Shown here piece after piece: positions 56,327 through 64,000 of a stretch of 64,000 nt of DNA; positions within the stretch are counted from its first letter, which is position 1; every line of letters begins with the position of its first letter. The position numbers and the translations under genes are program-made. The notes under the pieces were generated by a model that saw only the letters and a program-made list of their open reading frames with translations, did no database searches and had not been told where the DNA came from. The stretch is from a plasmid, in sequence record NZ_CP090789.1; one strand, written 5' to 3'.

Positions 56327-56746
56327 CAGAACCGCTAAAGTTCTGGCTGCTACTGCCGTAATCCGAAGAAGACCCCGACTGGGGGGCGTCGGAGCCACTC
56401 CGGTCGCCCCCAGTTCACATTCCCGCCCCTCCTGTTTCTCCTCGAGCGCCAGCCGCCGGCGGCCGATTCAATCCGGCCGCGAAACGTCAAATTGTAACAA
56501 ACCCACCGCTGTCCCCAATGGGGATATATAATAGCGTCGCTCTGGTGCGGCCCAGCTTCCCGGCGCCGACGCCTCCCGCGTGATTTGAATCATTCGCGTT
56601 GACGTTTGATGCTATTCATCGTATTGTTTGATGCGATCCGTTGTCACGAATCGTATCAAACGTGAAAAAAACCGATGAAGCGTGGAAGGCTGCCGGCCGA
56701 CGTGGCATTACTCGTCCTTTCTTTGATTACGAGGAAAGGGTCAGAT

Positions 56747-57025
56747 ATGCCCGCGGTAACGAGAAAGGAGCTGCTGCAACTTGGGCAGGTTTTCGCGAGC
56801 TACGAAAAGTCCCCGTTGGCGATTTCGTTGAAAGAAGTGTCGATCGATGGGAATCGCTGGTGGCGAATGGTCGTGACTTTGCCGGACGGCCGAGAGTTTG
56901 ACGTTCAGACTGCGCTGGCGAAAACGAAGTTGTTCCGCAGGGCGGATATCGCCCTCGACTTCGTGAAAGACACCCTGCCCAGCGTGGCCGACGTACGATT
57001 CGAGTTTTCGAAGCAGGAACAGTGA
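56747..57025 (+). CDS. hypothetical small protein preceding the pilus cluster
   Basis: RBS AAAGGG before ATG 56747. Confidence 0.35.
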   Translation: MPAVTRKELLQLGQVFASYEKSPLAISLKEVSIDGNRWWRMVVTLPDGREFDVQTALAKTKLFRRADIALDFVKDTLPSVADVRFEFSKQEQ

Positions 57026-57117
57026 TGTAGGGAATTTACAGCCTGAACAGGTGTTGGCGCACCTGGAAAGGAAGTGGCCGCATCAGGTGTTGGCGCACCC
57101 GATACGGCCTGACCAGT

Positions 57118-57735
57118 GTGAAATTTGCGAGCTCACCCATGGCTGCCCGTATTCTACGGCAACAATGGCGCTGCGGCGCGTCCTTACGCGTCGCGGTCGC
57201 GTCCGTTTTGTTACAAGTTGTACCCGCGCACGCTGATTGTCTAGACGACGCGGCGGCGTACCACCGCGTCAATCCATTGCTGCTCCGGTCAATCGCGGCG
57301 GTTGAGTCCGGCTTCAACCCATCGGCATTGAACGTCAACAGCAACGGGTCGACGGACCTCGGTCTGATGCAGGTCAATTCGTGGTGGTTGCCGAAACTCG
57401 CACCGTATGGAATTACGCGGAACGATCTGCTCGACGCGTGCAAATCCGCCTACATCGGGGCGTGGATTCTCTCCCAAAACATCGCAAAGCTGGGTCTGAC
57501 ATGGACGGCCGTTGGCGCGTATAACGCCGTCACGCCCGCAAAACGGATGCGCTATGCGCGTCGCGTGTACGACAAGCTCACTCAACTTTCTCAAGACACT
57601 GCCAGCCCTGGCCGTGTCCCGCCTGTAACGCAACAAACTCGTGCCCGGATTCAGGCGGCTTCGCCGCGCGCGTGCTCAACGCGCGCGGCATTTTCTATTC
57701 CAGAGTGCAACCAGCAAAGTGAGGTCATGCAATGA
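57118..57735 (+). CDS. lytic transglycosylase (SLT domain; PilT-like of type IVb pilus clusters)
   Basis: Signal peptide; AAVESGFNP...GLMQVN...AYNAV motifs. Confidence 0.75.
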   Translation: MKFASSPMAARILRQQWRCGASLRVAVASVLLQVVPAHADCLDDAAAYHRVNPLLLRSIAAVESGFNPSALNVNSNGSTDLGLMQVNSWWLPKLAPYGITRNDLLDACKSAYIGAWILSQNIAKLGLTWTAVGAYNAVTPAKRMRYARRVYDKLTQLSQDTASPGRVPPVTQQTRARIQAASPRACSTRAAFSIPECNQQSEVMQ

Positions 57736-58241
57736 CTAGAGGTGCGATGGCCGGGCGCGCCGTGTTGCTTTCGCTATCGACGCTCGCGCTGAGTGCATGC
57801 GGCGCGCCAGCTTATCACTCGATCGGCCTGCAGGATGCGTCGATCCCAGCAACAGAAGTTGTCGTGGTCGACGATGCCTATTTCAAGCCTCTGAAGAATA
57901 AGCGACGTGCTGCGACGTCCGTTGAAGTGAACTCCGGCGTAGCCGTGGCCGCGGCAGGGAGCCCGCAAGGTTTCGAGCTCAAGGCAACGGACCGAACCCT
58001 CGCTGTTGCACTTAAGCGGTGGGTGGAAGGCGAAGGCGGGACGCTGCGCTGGGAGAGCCCGATCGAAGTGCCGATTACGGCCGATAGCCGTGTGCCCGGT
58101 GACTTGCCGAACGCATTGTCTACGGTACTGCACGCAATGACGGACGCCGGATATCCGTTGACCGTTGCACAAGTCTCCGGACGAAAGGTTTGGATAGTCC
58201 TTGACGCGCCGAGCGACGAACCGAAGAAGGAGAAGAAATGA
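57732..58241 (+). CDS. lipoprotein (PilL-like)
   Basis: Lipobox LALSAC; overlapping gene junctions in the operon. Confidence 0.5.
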   Translation: MTRGAMAGRAVLLSLSTLALSACGAPAYHSIGLQDASIPATEVVVVDDAYFKPLKNKRRAATSVEVNSGVAVAAAGSPQGFELKATDRTLAVALKRWVEGEGGTLRWESPIEVPITADSRVPGDLPNALSTVLHAMTDAGYPLTVAQVSGRKVWIVLDAPSDEPKKEKK

Positions 58242-58726
58242 ATTCAGCCAGTAAAAGCCTCACAGTTTTCTTCGGAGTCCTTTCTTGGTCTGCGGCCGTT
58301 GCTGCGGTTGAAGTCGGTGGTGCAGGCCCGAGCAGCGTTGTGCATATCGCGCCGTATAGGGGCGCTGTGGTGCGCGGTGCTGAGCTAAGCGCTCAGACCC
58401 ATGGCGTTTCGACGACGACATCGACCGCGCCTATTGAGGAACCGACCGTTGTTGCGACACCCGACAAAGGCATCGAAGCGTTTGCCCTGGTGGCTGGGAA
58501 GTCGATTCAATCCCAGCTTCAATCGTGGGCTGTGCGTGCGGGATGGACGGTTGTTTGGGATGTACAGCAAGACTGGATCGTACCGAACGCCGCGACTTTT
58601 GCCGGCGATTTTGTTTCGGCTGCACAACAGGTCGTCGAAGCCCTCGCGTCGAACGGTGCAGATGTCCGTGCTGATCTCTACACCGGAAATCGGTCGATGG
58701 TGGTTCATCAAGCGGGGAATGAATAA
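58238..58726 (+). CDS. TcpQ/PilM-like pilus biogenesis protein
   Basis: Signal peptide; size and position upstream of the secretin. Confidence 0.4.
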   Translation: MNSASKSLTVFFGVLSWSAAVAAVEVGGAGPSSVVHIAPYRGAVVRGAELSAQTHGVSTTTSTAPIEEPTVVATPDKGIEAFALVAGKSIQSQLQSWAVRAGWTVVWDVQQDWIVPNAATFAGDFVSAAQQVVEALASNGADVRADLYTGNRSMVVHQAGNE

Positions 58727-60369
58727 TGGGCGCAAGCACTTTGTCACGAGTAACGGTCGCAGTGACGGTCCTATCGACCGTCCTTTCTGGCTGCGGCTTG
58801 CAGCAGATCACACATTTACAGGAATCGATCGCCGACGAAGCGAAGGATCAGGCGGCGTCCAAACCGGCAGCGCGCACGGTCGTGCGGGTTCACGGTTCTT
58901 CGTGGTTGATGGGGGAAGAGATCCGCGCAAGCAAGCCGCAGCCAGCGATCTACGAGACCGACATCGTCTTTAATCGTCCCGTTAGATCGCTTCAGGACGT
59001 CGCTGATTGGATCAGCAGCCGCGTTGGCGTGCGAGCGGTTGTCGACCAGTCCGCGCTTACTGTGACGCCGGCGGTTCCTATATCGACTAGCCCAGCGAAC
59101 TCTGCTGCGTCGGGCATTATGCCGCCGCTGCCCCCTGGCATGCCGATTGGTGGGGCGCCTATTACGCCGATGACCGGTACGGCAACCGGCCCGCTGGATG
59201 GAGGGCGCGAGTTCCGATACAGGGGCCCTTTGAAAGGTCTGTTGGACCGGGTCGCAACTGCATACGGAGTGTGGTTCAACTACCGCGATGGCGTCGTGAC
59301 GTTCTATCGAACCGAGACCCGGACTTTCGACGTGTCGAGCCTCAATGAGGGTTCGACTATGAATGGCTCGATAACGACACAGGATTCCTCTGCCGTCGGT
59401 GGATCCAACACCCTCGCGACGTCGAGCGTGGGAGGTTCAAGTAGCGGCCAGACGATGACGCTGTCGGCGTCCGTGAAGCCGTGGGATACCATCGAAGCGA
59501 CCGCGAAATCGATCGCGGGTCCGGGCGCAGAGGTTCACTCTGACCGAGAACTCGGCGTTATCACCGTAACCGGAACGCCACCGCAATGTGATCGGCTCGA
59601 TCGCTGGATCAAAGACCTCAACGCTCGATTCTCAAAGCAGATCGCGATCGACGTCCACGTATACGAAGTGCATCGCGCCGAGAACGAGAACTACGGCGCC
59701 AATCTTGCACTCGCTTACAAGCCAGGCAGCGGGCACACTGGTATCAGCTTTACTGGCGCGTCGGTTCCGAAGGTATCTGGCGCTGCATCGGCCATGTCCC
59801 TCGGCGCTACGATTCTCAGTGGGCCGCTCGCTGGGTCAAACGCAGCGATCCAAGCGCTCTCTTCCCTGGGCAATGTATCTCAGGTTGTGCAGCGGTCTGG
59901 TGTCACGCTGAATGGTAAGACGTTGAATCTTCAGGCCTCGACCAATCAAGACTACGTCAATCAAACACAGAGCACCCTAGCAGCGAACGTCGGAGCGACG
60001 AGCGGCACTCAAACTGCAACAGTGACGCCTGGATTCACGGGCGCGTTTCTGCCGAGTTTTAAGGACGGAAAAATCTACGTGGTATTCGACATGACGATGT
60101 CGAACCTCACAGCACTCGAGCCATATCCACCGAACCCGAAAGAGAACCAGGCAGCCGTGCAGCTGCGCACGCTACAACAGTCTCGATTCCAGCAATCCAT
60201 CTCGTTGAAATCGGGCGAGTCGCTCGTGATCACCGGGATGTACCAACAAACCGCCAGCGTCAACAAGAACGGCGTCGGGGCGCCCTCGTTTCCGTTGCTA
60301 GGAGGGGGCGTCGACGCGCAAAAGAAGGACACGATTCTCGCGATCGTTATCTCCGCACGACTCCTGTGA
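58726..60369 (+). CDS. pilN: PilN-family lipoprotein secretin (type IVb pilus outer-membrane channel)
   Basis: Lipobox LSGCG; C-terminal secretin domain (...SGESLVITGMYQQ...GVGAPSFPLLGG...ILAIVISARL). Confidence 0.8.
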   Translation: MGASTLSRVTVAVTVLSTVLSGCGLQQITHLQESIADEAKDQAASKPAARTVVRVHGSSWLMGEEIRASKPQPAIYETDIVFNRPVRSLQDVADWISSRVGVRAVVDQSALTVTPAVPISTSPANSAASGIMPPLPPGMPIGGAPITPMTGTATGPLDGGREFRYRGPLKGLLDRVATAYGVWFNYRDGVVTFYRTETRTFDVSSLNEGSTMNGSITTQDSSAVGGSNTLATSSVGGSSSGQTMTLSASVKPWDTIEATAKSIAGPGAEVHSDRELGVITVTGTPPQCDRLDRWIKDLNARFSKQIAIDVHVYEVHRAENENYGANLALAYKPGSGHTGISFTGASVPKVSGAASAMSLGATILSGPLAGSNAAIQALSSLGNVSQVVQRSGVTLNGKTLNLQASTNQDYVNQTQSTLAANVGATSGTQTATVTPGFTGAFLPSFKDGKIYVVFDMTMSNLTALEPYPPNPKENQAAVQLRTLQQSRFQQSISLKSGESLVITGMYQQTASVNKNGVGAPSFPLLGGGVDAQKKDTILAIVISARLL

Positions 60370-60953
60370 GGCCGACGATGAAATTCGCTCAAAGCTTTGC
60401 CATGCCAATCTTCGCAATCGTCGCGAGCCTTTCAGCTCATGCCGGCCCCGCTGCGGCCCCTATCGCGCCGTCGACAGTTGTGAAGCCTGCAGCGCAACCA
60501 GATGCGCAAATGCCAGGCGCGATCAAGGGTGGACAACCGCTAGATGTAGCCGAGTCAGATGGGGCGCGACTTGCGTCGATCCAGAGGCGGATTCCGATCC
60601 TTGAAGCCGAGAAGCGCATCGCCGAGCTCGAGAAAGCTATACGCGACGCCAACGCCTCTACTGGACTCACCGCTATCCCGGCCGGCGTGCCGGCGCCTGT
60701 GGGCGGGCCTCCTGGCTTCAATCGTGTTCCATCGAATCCGCCTATGGAACTCGATAGTGGCTTTGTGGAAGTCAAAGGCATCGACTCATACAACGGGAAG
60801 TTTTGCGCCACGCTGGCGGCCGCAGGCCGCGTCGACGATGTGCATGTGGGAGACACGTTCGCCGGATGGCGTGTGGTGAAAATCACGGCCGCGGACGTCA
60901 CGGTTACTCGGCGACGAGCTGGGAAAACCGAAACTCGCGTGGTGAGGCTTTAA
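60366..60953 (+). CDS. pilus assembly protein, PilO-like N-terminal part
   Basis: Signal peptide, coiled-coil; the next ORF starts 1 nt after its stop in the +1 frame. Confidence 0.4.
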   Translation: MRPTMKFAQSFAMPIFAIVASLSAHAGPAAAPIAPSTVVKPAAQPDAQMPGAIKGGQPLDVAESDGARLASIQRRIPILEAEKRIAELEKAIRDANASTGLTAIPAGVPAPVGGPPGFNRVPSNPPMELDSGFVEVKGIDSYNGKFCATLAAAGRVDDVHVGDTFAGWRVVKITAADVTVTRRRAGKTETRVVRL

Positions 60954-60954
60954 C

Positions 60955-61671
60955 GTGCTCGAGATAATCTCGCTTCCGGAGGTCCGGAAACCTTTCGTGA
61001 TCGGTCTAATTTGGCGCTATGAAGAGCATGCGCCTTCGCTGGGTGTGCTCCGAAAACTCGCCGAATCTGACGGCGCTTGGGGGATCGTACGCAAAAGCGC
61101 ACATGGCGTTGTGCAGGTCGGACAGGGGGAGCCAATCCCAGGGTGTAAGGCGGGCGAGTTTCGTTCGCTCGCCGCGACGATTGCCGACGCACATCCCCAG
61201 CCATGGGTCGGGCGCTATGCGCTCGGCGATGGCCGCGAGTGGCTCGTGGCAGTTCATGATGAGCACGGAATCTTGCCTGACGGCGACCGAGTCGGTACGC
61301 CGGAGGAGATTGACGAGGCAATCCACGGGTTCGGTTCCGAAAGCGAATGGAATCAGGTTAGTGGGGGAATCGACGATCTCGTTGATCTGGTCCGGGGCGC
61401 TCGCAAAACGCCTGCTCTGCAGGATCTTACGGTAGGGCCGTGGCGTCGCTGGGGTGTCCCGGCGGCCTGCCTTTCATTAGTTGCGGTAGTAGGAGCGGTA
61501 GGCGCGATCGTGCACGCCCGTCAGGTAAGGCTCGACGAGCAGGAGCGAACTGCAAGCATCCGGGCGTTCAACCAGAGGCAAGCGGTGGCCGCACAAGCTG
61601 CTCGTGCTGCATCACCGTGGGCACACGACGCAGGTGCGAATACGGTGATCCGTACGTGCGGCGATCGATAG
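60955..61671 (+). CDS. pilus assembly protein, PilO-like C-terminal part (possible frameshift split)
   Basis: GTG start; TM segment near the C-terminus; combined length with the previous ORF is about 433 aa. Confidence 0.4.
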   Translation: MLEIISLPEVRKPFVIGLIWRYEEHAPSLGVLRKLAESDGAWGIVRKSAHGVVQVGQGEPIPGCKAGEFRSLAATIADAHPQPWVGRYALGDGREWLVAVHDEHGILPDGDRVGTPEEIDEAIHGFGSESEWNQVSGGIDDLVDLVRGARKTPALQDLTVGPWRRWGVPAACLSLVAVVGAVGAIVHARQVRLDEQERTASIRAFNQRQAVAAQAARAASPWAHDAGANTVIRTCGDR

Positions 61672-61701
61672 GACAGTCAACGCTTCGAACGTGATGGCTG
61701 G

Positions 61702-62193
61702 TTGATATCGAGTTGGAGCTGTGAAGTGCATGCCAGGAAAGTGAGCGTGAACGTTGGCTGGAATAGGGCCGGCGGCCTCGCTGCCGATGCGCCTGGATCG
61801 CTCGAAGCTGGTGGCGAGCGCTCGGTCGAGACCATCGATGGCCCTTCATTGCCGGCCGCCGCCGCTGGGAATGCACTAATTGAATCCGAAGCCCGCCGCG
61901 CAATCTGGACCTTCGCGCAAAAGTACGGTCTGAAGCTGGTATTGACTGGCGGTGGGATGCCGAAACTTCCAGGTTCGTCCGTAGCAGACGATGCCGCTCC
62001 GATGTGGGGAGTTACTACCGTTACTTTCCAGACATCAGCTCCGCCATGGATGCTCGGAGCGGACTTCGACGAAGTTCCGGCACTTCGTGTGCAATCGATA
62101 TCGTTCGATTTCCAAAAACAAATGTGGCACATCGAGGCTGATATGTACCACTCGATCCACGCAGTAACAGCCGGCACAAGGGCGAGAAAATGA
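61702..62193 (+). CDS. PilP-like pilus biogenesis protein
   Basis: Position and size; ATGA overlap with the downstream ATPase gene. Confidence 0.4.
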   Translation: MISSWSCEVHARKVSVNVGWNRAGGLAADAPGSLEAGGERSVETIDGPSLPAAAAGNALIESEARRAIWTFAQKYGLKLVLTGGGMPKLPGSSVADDAAPMWGVTTVTFQTSAPPWMLGADFDEVPALRVQSISFDFQKQMWHIEADMYHSIHAVTAGTRARK

Positions 62194-64000
62194 GCGAGGG
62201 AATTGTACGTGCCGCCGTTGCGTTGGGAGAGAGCGCACGCCAGATTGAGCCATTGCGTCGCGACGGGGAATCCAGGGTCCACTCAGCGCTGCGTGCGCGG
62301 CAACAATCCACCGATTCGGGTGACGACAGGGCGAGTCTTGGGATGGTCGAATTTCCGGAGCCGCCGACGCCGATTAAGCCCCAGGTTTTGTACTCGCGGC
62401 ATATCGGAAAGGGATTTGCCGACGCCGTTGTTGCGCTCGGAATGATGCCTGCAAAACAGTTGGTTCAAGGGGAAACGCGCGCAGCAGAGACAGGTCGAAC
62501 GTTGGAGGAGGTGCTTGTCGAGTCAGGACGGTTGACGGTGGAGCAGGTCCGTGACGTTCATCAGGCAATCTCGCGCGACCTGTTCGTGGACCAACGGCTC
62601 AAGTTCAACCCGGCATTCCTCACATGGACGCGAGACCTGAAGCGCGCGGGCATTGACGCTCGCGTTGAGTATGTTTCGGCCGAACGGCTTGCCGCACTCC
62701 GCGATGCAAACGGGGGCGAGGTAGCAGGACCAGTGGCGAACGATCAGCGGACGTTGCAACGGACTCGGCAACTCTTTGCATCGCTCGCTGCCATGGGCAT
62801 CAACGACCTCGCGATCACTACTAGGAAGCAACATACCGAGATCCAAGTTCGGTATAGAGGCGACATTATGGATGTCGTCGATTCCCACCTAAGTATGGAT
62901 CGCGCCAGCGGCGAAGAAATGATTCGGTGCATTTGCACCGGGTTGTCGACGTCATTCGATTCCTACTACAAGCCGACCGAGTTTCAGAACGGACAGATCG
63001 ACGGAGCAGTGTTCGGCGACGTCGGGATGGACAGCGTGCGCTTTATTCGAGGCCCGGCCTGGCCCGACGGCGTGGGTGGCTTCCTTAGAGCGCGCCTTCA
63101 GTATTCCGAGCATGAGTCCACGCGGCGAGCGGGAAGGGTCGACACTCGCCCGTTGAAGCTCCGTGTTCCTGCAAAGCCGGACGGCGAGCCGCAGTTTGCG
63201 AAGATGGGGTTCACGGCGCGCCAGATTAGCTTGATCGACGAGATCCTCTGGAAGCCAATGGGGCTGTTTATCGTGCTCGGTCCCACGAACAGCGGCAAGA
63301 CGACGACGATCCACGAGCTGCTTAAGCATCAGAAGCGGCTATTCCCGGCAACCAGTCAGATCGCGATTGAGAACCCGACGGAACTGCCGATGCCCTGGGC
63401 GCTACAGCTAACCACCGACGACTTTGTTGAGTACGTGGCGCACGCCCTCCGCATGGATCCGGACACGATCGTGGTTGGTGAGATTAGACGGTCCCCTGAG
63501 GCGCTTGCCGCGATGCATGCTGGGCGAACCGGCCACTTCGTCGTCTCGACGCTGCACGAGAACGATCCATTCGGTCTGATCGATCGACTTGAGGGGCTTG
63601 ATGTCGAGGAGTTGCCGCGACGGGTAACGTGTGCGCCGGGCCTGCTCGCTGGCTTCATGGGCCAACGTGTCGTGCCGATCTTGTGCCCGACGTGCCGGCG
63701 CCCGCTCAATCCCAGTCATGACCTGCCGCCTCATATTGCGAAGGCGTTGCCGAGCTGGGGCGATACCTCATTAATGAACGTTCGGGGGCCGGGTTGCGAG
63801 ACGTGCGACGGCAGTGGCGTCATCGACCGGCGCGCCGTTGCGGAAATAGTAGTCGCCACCCCTCAGTTGCTCGACGATCTGCGCGTGCACGGGTCCGCAA
63901 TTGCCGCTAAGAATCATCGCGCCCGGCCGGGTTCCGATCTGTCCATGCTCGAGAACGCGATGAAGCTGGTCACCGACGGAGTTGTGAGCCCGATCGACGT
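62190..64000 (+). CDS. pilQ: PilQ/GspE-family pilus assembly ATPase (3'-truncated by the window end)
   Basis: Manual translation with no stop to the window end: Walker A LGPTNSGKTTT, Walker B DTIVVGEIR, His box, tetracysteine CPTC...CETC; absent from the ORF track because it has no stop in the window. Confidence 0.8.
   Translation, partial: MSEGIVRAAVALGESARQIEPLRRDGESRVHSALRARQQSTDSGDDRASLGMVEFPEPPTPIKPQVLYSRHIGKGFADAVVALGMMPAKQLVQGETRAAETGRTLEEVLVESGRLTVEQVRDVHQAISRDLFVDQRLKFNPAFLTWTRDLKRAGIDARVEYVSAERLAALRDANGGEVAGPVANDQRTLQRTRQLFASLAAMGINDLAITTRKQHTEIQVRYRGDIMDVVDSHLSMDRASGEEMIRCICTGLSTSFDSYYKPTEFQNGQIDGAVFGDVGMDSVRFIRGPAWPDGVGGFLRARLQYSEHESTRRAGRVDTRPLKLRVPAKPDGEPQFAKMGFTARQISLIDEILWKPMGLFIVLGPTNSGKTTTIHELLKHQKRLFPATSQIAIENPTELPMPWALQLTTDDFVEYVAHALRMDPDTIVVGEIRRSPEALAAMHAGRTGHFVVSTLHENDPFGLIDRLEGLDVEELPRRVTCAPGLLAGFMGQRVVPILCPTCRRPLNPSHDLPPHIAKALPSWGDTSLMNVRGPGCETCDGSGVIDRRAVAEIVVATPQLLDDLRVHGSAIAAKNHRARPGSDLSMLENAMKLVTDGVVSPID

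Noticed and set aside
62283-63734. Minus-strand ORFs listed near the window end (62523..62888, 62952..63329, 63356..63709 and others)
   Set aside because: They lie antisense to the clearly coding PilQ ATPase frame, which carries Walker A and B and tetracysteine motifs.

Overview
This high-GC (~63%) window looks like part of a Burkholderia-type conjugative plasmid. The annotations below rest on reading the translated ORFs and DNA motifs directly, without database searches.

**Transfer genes (25–11764).** The left end carries a VirB/Trb-type type IV secretion operon: virB6 (possibly 5'-partial), virB8, virB9, virB10, a small coupled ORF, virB11, a VirB1-like lytic transglycosylase, a TrbM-like secreted protein and a Nuc-type phospholipase D nuclease. 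It is followed by a 585-aa charged coiled-coil protein, a VirD4/TraG-type coupling protein and a DUF1173 protein.

**Relaxase and origin of transfer (14149–17040).** A large MobQ-family relaxase-helicase, like TraA of the Ti plasmid, lies on the minus strand. Immediately upstream of it is an RSF1010-like oriT, with a 22-bp perfect inverted repeat next to a GTAAGCGCGC nic-like core at about 16998–17036.

**Anti-defence leading region (17287–28473).** If the + strand is nicked and enters the recipient first, the region to the right of oriT is the leading region. It carries a TraD-like protein, a 664-aa ParB-like nuclease-domain protein and an ArdB/KlcA-like candidate. It also carries an orphan N4/N6 DNA methyltransferase, a DUF3560–N6-adenine methyltransferase fusion, and a 609-aa PP-loop PAPS-reductase/DndC-like protein with a 196-aa partner. 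Most of these genes are on the minus strand, so the incoming strand would be their template. Two ~490-bp direct repeats (about 95% identical) sit immediately 5' of the two main minus-strand operons.

**Mutagenesis cassette (29959–36678).** An H-NS-like gene precedes an SOS-response-associated peptidase, a CTGT-N8-ACAG LexA box, and imuA–imuB–dnaE2.

**Orphan toxin cassette and accessory genes (36675–49976).** A lower-GC stretch holds a PAAR protein with a putative nuclease effector and immunity genes. Beyond it are vapBC, a large tyrosine integrase, an Abi-like operon and several membrane or hypothetical genes.

**Replication and partition (50381–54680).** parA and a parG-like gene are flanked by arrays of a GATAGCTATC-type palindrome. 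An oriV-like region with nested palindromes, an AT-rich stretch and at least 13 iterons sits upstream of repA.

**Second transfer-associated cluster (56747–64000).** This is an R64/PAPI-1-like type IVb pilus cluster: lytic transglycosylase, lipoprotein, TcpQ-like protein, PilN secretin, two PilO-like ORFs, a PilP-like protein and a 3'-truncated PilQ ATPase that runs off the window end.

No rRNA, tRNA or CRISPR array was found.
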